Shown here one piece after another: positions 10,833-19,924 of a stretch of 64,000 nt of DNA. The translations under genes were made by a program, and so were the position numbers. The stretch covers positions 40-64,039 of the forward strand of contig DAOUCP010000113.1 of assembly GCA_034432155.1 (NCBI GenBank), in the 5' to 3' direction. Below the pieces are notes generated by a model, which made no database searches, was not told the origin of the DNA, and saw only the letters and a list, made by a program, of their open reading frames with translations. Source of the stretch: Anaerolineae bacterium (GTDB lineage Bacteria; Chloroflexota; Anaerolineae; Epilineales; Epilineaceae). The stretch's first letter is position 1. The number at the start of each line of letters is the position of its first letter.

Positions 10833-11207
10833 TCATGCCGAGCCTGCTCCCGCAATGCCGCCGAGTACGTCGGGCAGCGACTCCCATGCCGCGTAGTGGG
10901 CCGTCGGGAACCTCTCCCGAATGGCGGCTACCTTGCTCGGCGCGCCATCGAGGAAGACGATGGGGATCATCCGTCCCCCTTTCGAAGACCAGAGAGCATC
11001 CGCCACCTCTCGGCCATGCGAGGGGAGTCGTCGGAGTGAGATCACAACCGCCGTGGGGGGATTCCCCTTGATCTCAGCCAGCTTCATCGTCGGCCGCCAA
11101 AGGGCCACCTTCCAGCCGTGCTCGGCCAGAGCGGCCGCTATCTCACGTGCTTCCAAGTCGTCCCAGTGCACCAGCAGCACCGTCCCGCGTTCCTTCATCG
11201 AGCTCAT
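10833..11207 (-). CDS. Stand-alone receiver-like protein (atypical; Ser at phospho-acceptor position)
   Basis: VLLVHWDD, AVVISLRRLPSHGREVA and IPIVF match the REC beta1/beta3/beta4 pattern. Confidence 0.6.
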   Translation of the reverse strand: MSSMKERGTVLLVHWDDLEAREIAAALAEHGWKVALWRPTMKLAEIKGNPPTAVVISLRRLPSHGREVADALWSSKGGRMIPIVFLDGAPSKVAAIRERFPTAHYAAWESLPDVLGGIAGAGSA

Positions 11208-11271
11208 CGGTTCTCCAGTTCATTCTCGCGCGGACGGCTCGCCGACCAGCGCTGGACGCCCTGGGCGACCG

Positions 11272-11724
11272 TCAGCTCCGTCGACTTGTGAACTGGCGTG
11301 CTGTCTCCACGGCAGCCAACAGCCGCTGCGGCTCATCGGTGCCGATGCGGAAGCTCCGCCCGCTGTTCAGCTCCATCTCCACGGCGTCCAACCCCGAGAC
11401 GTTGAACAACCACCGGCGTGGCGTCAACCTGATGCCCCATCCGTAGTACCACGGATTCCGAACGACCCGAGCCTTGCGGATCTCTTCGATACGCCAGCGT
11501 TTCCGAATCAGTCCAGGACCGAACGAAACTACCAACTCGTCCGTAGTCACCTCAACCGTGAGGGCCCCGAACAAGAAGACGGCAGAAGCCAGCAGGACCA
11601 AGAGCCAACCAATCCCGCCGCGTTCGCTGGGCGCGAGAATCCACGCCATCGCGCTCCCTGCAAAGGTCAAGCCGACGCCCAACACGATCAGCGTCCCAAT
11701 CTGCCGGTGCTTGTAGATCTGCAT
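11272..11724 (-). CDS. Conserved hypothetical membrane protein (2 TM plus PH-like soluble domain)
   Basis: Two TM helices then LTVEV..GWGIR..FNVSGLDAVE..IGTDEP..L pattern; GGAG RBS. Confidence 0.75.
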   Translation of the reverse strand: MQIYKHRQIGTLIVLGVGLTFAGSAMAWILAPSERGGIGWLLVLLASAVFLFGALTVEVTTDELVVSFGPGLIRKRWRIEEIRKARVVRNPWYYGWGIRLTPRRWLFNVSGLDAVEMELNSGRSFRIGTDEPQRLLAAVETARQFTSRRS

Positions 11725-11942
11725 CGCGCGGTCCTCCCATTCGCTGCCGGCCTGGAGCTAACTTGCCTGGCGGAAGCTGCTCGGCGCCATCGGATTGTGT
11801 GCCACCCCAGCGCGCCGGGCAAGTGGCACCGACACCACCGCCAGCCAGGTCAACTGCCGCGAGTTCTTGAGCGGCCCTTCATTGCCGAAATGCTCTCTAA
11901 TAGTAATCAGCGCTCTGCCCGGTCGATTTGCATGCCATTCTA

Positions 11943-12342
11943 TCATTCTTCGATAGCCAGTCTCAGAACCAACAAACTCACTAGTAGGCTGATGGTGTAC
12001 AAACACAGCTTTCTAGATACTAGAGTGTGATGCAACGTTTCCCGCGATATTGATGAGAGAATAGACGAAGATAATCCACAAAGCGATCTTGACCATTTTC
12101 TCGAAACGCCTAGCTCTGATGTAGTCTACCCGTGCGGCAACGACGAAAGCACAGATCGGCGTGACAAAGAGAGAAAACGTTTCTAATATGACAGTATTTG
12201 TTTTCTTATTCCCGATTTGGACACCCCAAACAATGTCGGACGGAATTACATCAGCAATCACAAGAAGATGGAAAACCGCCAACATTCCATAGATCACTAA
12301 CAACACATTAGCAGCTAGCTTTGCACCTATAATTCTTTTCAT
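11943..12342 (-). pseudogene. Low-GC membrane protein pseudogene (nonsense codon plus +1 frameshift near the C-terminus)
   Basis: Reading through TAG at 12013-12015 and removing one base restores a hydrophobic end: SSI(E)KAVF(VP)ISLLVSLLVLRLAIEE*; local GC about 40%. Confidence 0.6.
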
Positions 12343-12792
12343 CTGTGCTACTAAGTATGAGTTTTGGGCCATCGCTCAATAGTTACAGTAGGTACAACCG
12401 TCGCCCGCGGATCCATCTTCTATTCGGATATTACTGGTTTCGGGCCAGAGCGCGGCGCGCGCCAGAGCGGTAGTTCAGGCAACAAAAGGTCGGCGGCATG
12501 CCCTGGCTTGCGTGCACCGCCGAGCACTTTCCTGCGCGCCCGGACACGCCTTCCCCGAACAGACCGCCGACGATAGCCGGATCGAGAGCCCCCTGGCTCG
12601 CAGAGGGGCACACCAGTATCCGGGCCGGATCGACTGGGCTAAGATGCGTCCCCCTGGCTCGCAAAGAGGCGCACCGCCCCGGGCCGGACCGTGGATCGGG
12701 TAACGAGCAAGGCCCCGGCCGGACAGGTGCGCACCCTCCGGACCGGTGGCCTTGCTAGCGGGCTGTCGAATGCAGCCGGTTGTCGGGCAGAT

Positions 12793-13476
12793 CTATTTCA
12801 CGTCCGGCAGCTTCTTCAGGCACATGAACCAATCGAGGCATGTCACATCGGGATCGGGTTTCTCCACCCGATCCTTGGCCACGCCACAAGAACCCGGAGG
12901 CGGAACGATGACATCGTCGCCAGGCTGCCAGTTTGCCGGCGTCGCGATTCCATACTTGTCGGACGTTTGCATAGCAATCAGCAAACGCATGATCTCATCC
13001 ATGTTACGCCCATTAGAAAGCGGGTAGTACAGGATTGCCCGCACGATCCCTTTGGGGTCAATGATGAAAACAGCCCTAACTGCCTGCGTAGTACTCGCGC
13101 CAGGCTGCAGCATACCGAAAGCTCTTGACACTTCCATTTTGAGATCTTCAATAACCGGGAAGGTCACCTCGATATCCCGCATGCCCTTGTAGCTGATCTT
13201 CTCTTTGATTGTACGCAACCACGCGATATGTGCATAGATGCTGTCAATCGAAAGCCCGAGAAGCTTGCAGTTCCTCTTCGCGAATTCCTCTTGCATGGAA
13301 GCGAAGGTCATGAACTCCGTCGTACACACCGGAGTAAAATCTGCGGGGTGCGAGAAAAACACGACCCAACTTCCCTCAAAATCCTTGGGGAAATGAATCT
13401 CGCCCTGTGTTGTCTTAGCCGTGAACTCCGGTGCCTTGTCACCAATCAATGGCATTCGTACGACCTCTTCGCTCAT
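12793..13476 (-). CDS. Peroxiredoxin, Prx6 (1-Cys/archaeal TdxH-like) subfamily
   Basis: FSHPADFTPVCTTE peroxidatic motif; YYPLSNGRN; ATPANW; extra C-terminal Cys in PGSCG and CLDWFMC; AGGAG RBS. Confidence 0.92.
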   Translation of the reverse strand: MSEEVVRMPLIGDKAPEFTAKTTQGEIHFPKDFEGSWVVFFSHPADFTPVCTTEFMTFASMQEEFAKRNCKLLGLSIDSIYAHIAWLRTIKEKISYKGMRDIEVTFPVIEDLKMEVSRAFGMLQPGASTTQAVRAVFIIDPKGIVRAILYYPLSNGRNMDEIMRLLIAMQTSDKYGIATPANWQPGDDVIVPPPGSCGVAKDRVEKPDPDVTCLDWFMCLKKLPDVK

Positions 13477-13785
13477 TGCTTTGTGCTCCTTCTATCATAA
13501 TGGTTTATCTGGCGGCAAGCTAGGTATGCTTCCCACCCGACAGGCTCACGACTCGCCCGCACGAAGCGTCGGCCGCGTACCGCGGGCCCGGGGCCAGCAC
13601 GCCACCGCCCCGAAGCTCCCGCCTGCTACTTGGTGTTCGGGAAGGCGGTGTGCCCCAACCACGGCGGTGCGGACTTCATCCCAAGTGTACCTTTGCACAA
13701 CCCAGGCCGTCAAGCGCCTGCCGGGCCGCATCGACACTGCTTTCGGCCTGGCCTACGATCCGTCAGCAAACGCGCAGCGGGCGAC

Positions 13786-13940
13786 GGGGGCGACCAAGGT
13801 GGGAACCACAGAGCCGGCGCGCCCACTCTCGAGCCTTGGGGGCGACCGAGGTGGGAATCACAGCGCCGGCGCGCTACTCTCGAGCCTACGGGGGCAACCG
13901 AGGTGGGAATCAAGAGCCGGCGCGCCCACTCTCGAGCCTA
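13786..13940. repeat. Three tandem ~52-bp repeats with an internal hairpin (gaggtggg...cccactctc)
   Basis: Copies start at 13786, 13838 and 13890: gggggcgaccgaggtgggaatcacagagccggcgcgcccactctcgagcct. Confidence 0.85.
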
Positions 13941-14221
13941 GGGCGGCCACGAAGGCAGGGCCCTTCCCTGCGTACCTCCGCCAGCCAGGGCTGCAGGTCG
14001 ACACCGTCCATGCCCAACAGGGCAAAGCGCTTCGGCCCGCGGTCGCCGACGTGCGCATCGCGTTCGAGGAGCGTATGCTGGGCCAGTTGCCCTGATCCTG
14101 GCCACCTTTGCGGATCGGCGCGGGCCGGACCACTTGACGCGGCCCGCCGCCGCGGGGCAGAATGGCTCGACGCCCTCAGGGCCGAACGGTGCTTTGGCCC
14201 ATGCTTCCGAAGGAGTGCCCC

Positions 14222-14674
14222 GTGAATGCGACGCTGGTCGAGCGCGCGCCTGGCCTGGTGCTGGGCACCAAGTCCCGGATCGATCCGATGGCTGCCCCGT
14301 ACGCCGAGCTCTGGGCCGCCTACATGACCCATGACCCCCTGGTCGCACCCCTCGCCGTCGATGAGACCTGGTACAGTCTGTACTACGGCACCGACGAGCC
14401 GGGCCGGGTGGACCTCCTGCTCGGCCGGCTTGTCCCCGAAGGGACGGTCGCCCCCGAGGGTCTGGCGCTGGGACCCGTCGGCGGTGGGCTGTATGCGGTC
14501 TTTGACTGTCAGATGGCTACCATCGGCCGCACATGGCGCGAAATCTACGAGCAGTGGCTGCCCAGCTCGGGCTACGTCGAGGACGAATCGCGGGCGGCGT
14601 TCGAGCACTACACCAGGGGCGGCCAGGGAACCGAAGATAAGGTCCAGATCTTCGTGCCGGTGAAGCAAGCGTAG
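14222..14674 (+). CDS. GyrI-like small-molecule-binding domain protein
   Basis: AAGGAG RBS before GTG 14222; GGLYAVF..TWREIY.QWLP.SGY...FEHY...QIFVPV pattern. Confidence 0.85.
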   Translation: MNATLVERAPGLVLGTKSRIDPMAAPYAELWAAYMTHDPLVAPLAVDETWYSLYYGTDEPGRVDLLLGRLVPEGTVAPEGLALGPVGGGLYAVFDCQMATIGRTWREIYEQWLPSSGYVEDESRAAFEHYTRGGQGTEDKVQIFVPVKQA

Positions 14675-15179
14675 GCTTGCTGGGGCCGTTTCACCGCGCA
14701 GGGCAGGAGAGTGGATGCTTGCATAGCGGCTGAGACTCTCGGCGAGCAGACCGCCGATGGAGTGCCGACGATCCCGCGGCGCAATTAGAGTATCAAGGTC
14801 GCGACGCTCACGGTTCGACCGATCACGCTTGTCTCGGCAACTGCCTGCAGTGTGTTCGCATCGCGTCCTTGGTCAGCCAACGTCCGTCACCAGGGCTAGG
14901 TGCGGCGCCGCCCGATTCCTGGGACGTACCCGAGTCGCTGGCAGCAAGCGGCGACGGCTCTCTGTGTACGTCAGCTTCTGGACCCATACTTCGCAGACTT
15001 CTGTGCCCCGCTCCCGCGCCGACGGAGCGACTCTGGGCCACTGGGTCGTGGGCGCCTACGAGGCGGGCAGCGTCGTAGCCGAAAGCGGCCAGCATGGCGT
15101 CTCCTAACGTGGACAACCGGTGGGAGCCCACGTTCCCGGAATCCCGCGGCTGAGCGGCCGGATGTGCAGCTACATTCCC

Positions 15180-15600
15180 AGACCTGAGACGGACCTGGTG
15201 CTCCGCTACTCGCCGCACCGTCGGCAGATCGCGCAGTGGCCGGTTGAGTCGCCTCTGGGCGGCAACGTGGGAGCTGGACGGCGAGGTCGCTGGAATGGAC
15301 GCTGACCCGGCCACCCAGGGACTCTGGGTGCGGGTCGGTCAGGCAGCGCGGGCCATCCGGCACTTGCAGGAACATGAGTGAGTACGACGGAACGCCACGG
15401 ACTCGCTGCCAGTTGCCGGGCTGTCCCATCGATCTCACCGTCGGCAAGGGCGGAGACCGGTAAGTGCTCTTTCACGGGCATCCCGCCCAGGAGTCCTACC
15501 GCGGGGTGCGCCGCTACCGCCAGGACTGCACCCTGGTCGACAACCTCGAGGCCTGGGCGGCTCAACGGCGTGGTGGACCCCGGCACGCCCGGTAATGCGG
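15180..15600 (+). pseudogene. Possible decayed fragment of a secreted beta-propeller (NHL-like) gene
   Basis: Broken frames give WELDGEVAGMDADPATQGLWV and PIDLTVGKGGDR*VLF..GVRRYRQDCTLVD; no intact ORF. Confidence 0.3.
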
Positions 15601-15661
15601 AAACCACGCCCGGCATCATCTCGGCGCGAGAGGGTGGACCCCGGCGCGCCCGGTAATGCGG
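15572..15661. repeat. Two 29-bp direct repeats (ggtggaccccggc(a/g)cgcccggtaatgcgg) separated by 32 bp
   Basis: Copies at 15572-15600 and 15633-15661, one mismatch. Confidence 0.8.
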
Positions 15662-16336
15662 CTGAGCCGTCGGCCACCGACCGTCGTACCGCAACGCCGA
15701 AGCCGCCGAAGCACCGACCACCGCCCGCCGGCCCAGCGACACGCCGACCACGCCCCCGTCTGCGACGCAGACGGCAACAGGCCACAGGGCCGACGTTCCG
15801 CATCGAGCGGCCTGGTGGCTGTGCATCCCCCTGACGTGGCGCGATTACAGCCTCGGCCGCTAGGCTAGCAGGCGCTGGCGACGGTGCTTGATCCCAGGCA
15901 TTGCGGAACAACGCGCCGCGGCGGGTCCATTGCGCCTGGCTGCGTGCCTGCTGCCTCACGAAACGCGACGATCCGCTCCACAGCCCTACCGATGGGGTCC
16001 TATGCTCGTGGGAATTGCACGTGTCAGCTCGCCCCGTCACGCAGCGGCAGGCTACAGCCTGGGTCGGTCGTGATCCTGTGCTGCGCCACCTCCAGGCACC
16101 ACTGTTCAGCGCCGGGCAGCCGCCTGCACAGCTCGATGGTCCTCGACAGCTCCTGCGCTACCGGGGGGTCCGCGATGCCCAGACCCACGAGCTGTGCGAT
16201 CCCGCGGGAGACTGCCGCGCAGACAATGTGGGAGGCTCATTTCGGGCGCCACTGTCCCGCATCGCCATCCGAACGGCCGCCTTAGGCCGCGGAGGCCGCG
16301 GACGTCAGGCCGCGGGGAAGGGCCGCCCGAACAAGG

Positions 16337-16421
16337 TGGGGCGGCTGGGACTCGAACCCAGACGAGGGGTAGCCTCAGCGGAGTTTAAGTCCGCCGCGTC
16401 TGCCAGTTTCGCCACCGCCCC
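16337..16421 (-). tRNA. trnL: tRNA-Leu (anticodon UAA), CCA not encoded
   Basis: GGGGCGG acceptor stem, D-loop TGGCAGA, anticodon arm GCGGA-CTTAAAC-TCCGC, long variable arm, GGTTCGAGTCC T-loop. Confidence 0.97.
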
Positions 16422-16512
16422 GGCGCGCCATCAGTGTACCACCGTCGGAGGCCCTTCGGTGAGCCCGGGCCGGGAAACACGGCCCTGGGCGGCAGGCGGT
16501 GCATCGAGCTGT

Positions 16513-19500
16513 CTAGAATGGCACTGGCGGTCGGTCGCGCAAGCTCCAGCGGGAGGGAGGAGTCCATGGACTCCCGACCGACGTGCCAAGTTGAGCCCCT
16601 TTCACGGACCGCGTGGTGCCGCGACCCGGAGTGCTAGCGGCAACTCCGTCGACGTGGGCGAAGTTGGCATCGGCAGAGTCTGCCCCGGCGGAAGCTGCGC
16701 CGGCAAAGGCCGGATGCGCAGCCCCTGCCCCGGCGGACACCGGGCCTGCGGACCCCGGACCGGCGGAGGTCGGACTAGCCGACCGACGTAGGGCAGCGCT
16801 GCCTGCCACCGCGGCACGGCCGGGCCCCTTGGTAGCGGCGGACAAAGGGAGCCCGAGATCGGTCGCAAACCGCGGCATCAGTCGATAGCCCCCCTCGTAG
16901 GGTCGGCGGGCAGCGTATTGGCTTACGATGCCGGCGACTGCCCAACGCTGGCCACGTCGCAGCGGCGGACGGCGCAGCTTGGTGCGCGGATCGATCCGGA
17001 TCCGGCACTCCCCTGAGCCGTCGTCCAGCCACACCGCGCTGCCGATCAGGCGCGTCACGCGACCGCGGACGACGACCAGGCGGCCCTCGAACTCCTCACC
17101 CATCGCACCGCTGGCCACCGGCACCGGCTCGATTGGCGGCCAGGCCCAGTCATCGAGCCACACTTCCGTCGAGTGGGAGAGGACCAGTTGCCGCTCGCCA
17201 TGGTAGCTACCCAGCGTACCACGGGCCGCCACCGGCGAGCCGACCGGCAGCGTTGGCAGCGCGCCATTCCGGACACCCAGGTAGAGGCGCAGACCGCTCG
17301 ATGCGTCGCCGATGTACATGGTGCGTGCACCGAACAACCCCGCAGGCGCGAGAACAACGCCCCGCAGGGCCACGGCCTGGCCATCGGCGAGCTGGCGCAC
17401 TGCCGCCAGGCCAAGATCGCGGTAGTCGGCGGCGGGCTTCGGCCCCTCGACCCGAGTGGCCAGCGGCGTCGGAGCCGCCGGCGGGGACGGTGAAGGCGCC
17501 AGCCGATTGGCCTCGCCCGGCGTCGCTTGGCAGTCCGCACGCCAGTCGCCGCCATCGGGCAGTCGACACAGCGAGCGATCGTAGCTCGGCCCGGTTTCCC
17601 AAGAGACCACGTCGGCGACCATGCCGTCGCGGCGCACGAGCCGCACCTCGTCGGCCCGGTTGCCGAGCGCCAGGCCCGACTCGGCGCGATGAATCACCCG
17701 AAAGCCCCGGGCGGCGATCACCTGGCCGTCGCGAAAGCGGAACGACCAACGTTCCGGCTCGCCCACCGTCAGGCGCCAGCCAGCCAGATCGACCGGGAAA
17801 GCCGAGCGGTTATACAGCTCGAGCCACTCGTCGGTGAAACCCGACGCTCCACTGGCATCCCAGTCCACCGTCCGCGGTGCCGGCAGTAGCTCGTTGATCA
17901 CCACCTCGGGCGCCTGCGACTGGAGCACGCCCGCCTGGCCTGGAGACGGCACCGGTTGCGGCCACCAGTCCTCGGCGCAGTCGGTGTCCTGGTCGCGAGG
18001 AATGCGCTCGATGGACCAGCCCGGCGGCACCAAAGGCACCGCCGGGTCAAAGGCATCGAGGTTGCCGCCGTAGCTGACGGCGTCGCCCACCAACCCCGTC
18101 GGGTCGCGCACCCGCACCAGGTCGCCCTTGTTGGCGAGGCCATTGCCGATCCGCCCGTCGGGCACCACCCACACCGCGGCGCCACTCGCCTCCACCTCGC
18201 GCGCCACATCGCGGGAGGCGACGACGACGAGGTAGCCTCTTGGGGGCACCACCTGATCCCCTAAGCTGTCCCAGCTCACTGCATCGCCCACCGCCCAGCC
18301 CTTCGTTCGAACGGGAGCATCCGACCGATTGAACAGCTCCAACCACTCGTATGCCGAGTCGTCGCCCGAGGCCAAGGCGTCGTACAGCACCTCGGTGACT
18401 ACCATCGGCAGGTAGGCCGGCGTCGGCACCACCGTGGCGCCAGGACCGGCGGTCGGCTGCCCTGGCCGCGTCGGCGTAGGCCGGACGGCACCAGGCGTGG
18501 TCGTAGGGCCGACCGTCCGTGTTGGCGTGGCGCGCCCCTCACCCGGTGTGGCCGAAGGGGCCTGCGTCGGGCCCGCAGGTGTGGGGGTTGGGTGGGGTGA
18601 TCCATTCGGCCCACCGGGCGAGGGCGATAGGGAATCGGTCCAGGGTCCGCTGCCGTCCGGCAGTCGGGCGTAGCTACCGTCGGGGACGGTGCGAGGGTAC
18701 TCCATCTCGTCGGCTGACGAGCCATCCGGTCGCAGGAGTCGCACCGTGTCGCGGTCGTTGTTGAGCACGATCTTGCTGTCCCGGCGAAAGAACAAGAGGT
18801 AGCCGCGGGAACGGAGCACCGTACCTTCCGGCAGGACGAAGGGTGCCGATCCACCGTCGGCGACGTCATCGAGTTGCCACCCACGAAGGTCCATGTCGAC
18901 GTCAGCCAGACTGGTGAGCTCGATCCATTCGTCGTTCGCCGAAGCGGTTCCGTCGCCGTCCCAATCGACATCGCGTGGCGCCGCCAAGAACTCATTCAGC
19001 GCCACGTCGCCAAATGCCGCTGTCGGCACGGGATGCTCGCTCGTCGGCGGCCGAGGATTGTCCCCCGCGGCCTCGCCAGGCGTTGGCGACGGCTGATCGA
19101 TCCAGTCGGCGGCCGAATCGGTGTCCGCTCCCGCGGGATACCGCTCCAGGCTGTGGCCAGCGGGCGCGCCGGGGACACTGGGATTCAGCAAGCCCACGTC
19201 ATCGCCGTAGCTCATGCCGTCCACCAGTTCGCCCAGCGCGTTCAGCAGCCGCACCTGATCGCCGCTGTTGCCCAGGCCGTTGCCGATGCGACCGTCCAGC
19301 CGAACGACCCGTCCGGCAAACCCCGGATGGAGTTCCTCGAAGCCGTCTCCAGCGGCGACGACCACGAACTCGCCGCTCGCCAGCTCGAGATCCGGCAGCG
19401 CGCTGGCAGATCGATTGTCACCGATCTGCCACCCGGACATCTTCACCGGTCCCGCGTCGGCGTTCCGCAGTTCGAGCCACTCGTAGGCTGCCTCGCTGCC

Positions 19501-19653
19501 CGACGTCGGAGGATCGTACTGCACCTCGTTGATGACGACCATCGGCCTCTGCGCCGCCGGCGCTGCAACGATGGTGCCCTTCGCTGCCAGACGGCCGGCC
19601 AGGGCAAGCCCCAGAGCCAGATAGGCTGAACGCGCCAGAACTGCCTTTCTCAC
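16513..19653 (-). CDS. Secreted protein with four lamin-tail domains (LTD), Pro/Thr linker and C-terminal OB-fold(s)
   Basis: AGGAGG RBS before GTG 19653; signal peptide; four (V/I/L)(N/T)E...EW(L/I)EL.N units; C-terminal GxV...YIGDASSG..V.ARG....Y.GERQL and V.GIVSQY OB-like segments. Confidence 0.85.
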   Translation of the reverse strand: MRKAVLARSAYLALGLALAGRLAAKGTIVAAPAAQRPMVVINEVQYDPPTSGSEAAYEWLELRNADAGPVKMSGWQIGDNRSASALPDLELASGEFVVVAAGDGFEELHPGFAGRVVRLDGRIGNGLGNSGDQVRLLNALGELVDGMSYGDDVGLLNPSVPGAPAGHSLERYPAGADTDSAADWIDQPSPTPGEAAGDNPRPPTSEHPVPTAAFGDVALNEFLAAPRDVDWDGDGTASANDEWIELTSLADVDMDLRGWQLDDVADGGSAPFVLPEGTVLRSRGYLLFFRRDSKIVLNNDRDTVRLLRPDGSSADEMEYPRTVPDGSYARLPDGSGPWTDSLSPSPGGPNGSPHPTPTPAGPTQAPSATPGEGRATPTRTVGPTTTPGAVRPTPTRPGQPTAGPGATVVPTPAYLPMVVTEVLYDALASGDDSAYEWLELFNRSDAPVRTKGWAVGDAVSWDSLGDQVVPPRGYLVVVASRDVAREVEASGAAVWVVPDGRIGNGLANKGDLVRVRDPTGLVGDAVSYGGNLDAFDPAVPLVPPGWSIERIPRDQDTDCAEDWWPQPVPSPGQAGVLQSQAPEVVINELLPAPRTVDWDASGASGFTDEWLELYNRSAFPVDLAGWRLTVGEPERWSFRFRDGQVIAARGFRVIHRAESGLALGNRADEVRLVRRDGMVADVVSWETGPSYDRSLCRLPDGGDWRADCQATPGEANRLAPSPSPPAAPTPLATRVEGPKPAADYRDLGLAAVRQLADGQAVALRGVVLAPAGLFGARTMYIGDASSGLRLYLGVRNGALPTLPVGSPVAARGTLGSYHGERQLVLSHSTEVWLDDWAWPPIEPVPVASGAMGEEFEGRLVVVRGRVTRLIGSAVWLDDGSGECRIRIDPRTKLRRPPLRRGQRWAVAGIVSQYAARRPYEGGYRLMPRFATDLGLPLSAATKGPGRAAVAGSAALRRSASPTSAGPGSAGPVSAGAGAAHPAFAGAASAGADSADANFAHVDGVAASTPGRGTTRSVKGAQLGTSVGSPWTPPSRWSLRDRPPVPF

Positions 19654-19924
19654 GACGTCTCCCTCCTGGGAACGATCGCGCCGCAAACGGCCTGGGCGAC
19701 CAACTGCAGCGCGGCCGGAGCATACGGCCGGGCGCGCAGCTTCGGAGAGGGACTCGGCGCCAGTTCGGCGCCACGTTGGCGACAAGCCGGGACCGCCGCC
19801 GGCCCCAGCCGCCGCGCCATCATTTCGACTGGCCGACTGGGGATGCTATTGTAGGGCCTGGCTCGACGGCTGCCGGCCCACCGCCGGCAACCGGCCGAGT
19901 GACGCGGAGTCATCCAAGCCGCCG

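Noticed and set aside
13786-13940. CRISPR call for the 52-bp and 36-bp (38548-38711) repeat clusters
   Set aside because: The intervening sequences are conserved or only 5-10 bp long, so there are no unique spacers.
14823-15314. Adenylate cyclase fragment (TLGDAMLAAFG)
   Set aside because: A single short motif with no other cyclase features in any frame.
15880-16260. Possible decayed gene or integrase next to the tRNA
   Set aside because: One minus frame looks codon-biased but has stops and no recognisable motif; no tyrosine or serine recombinase signature.
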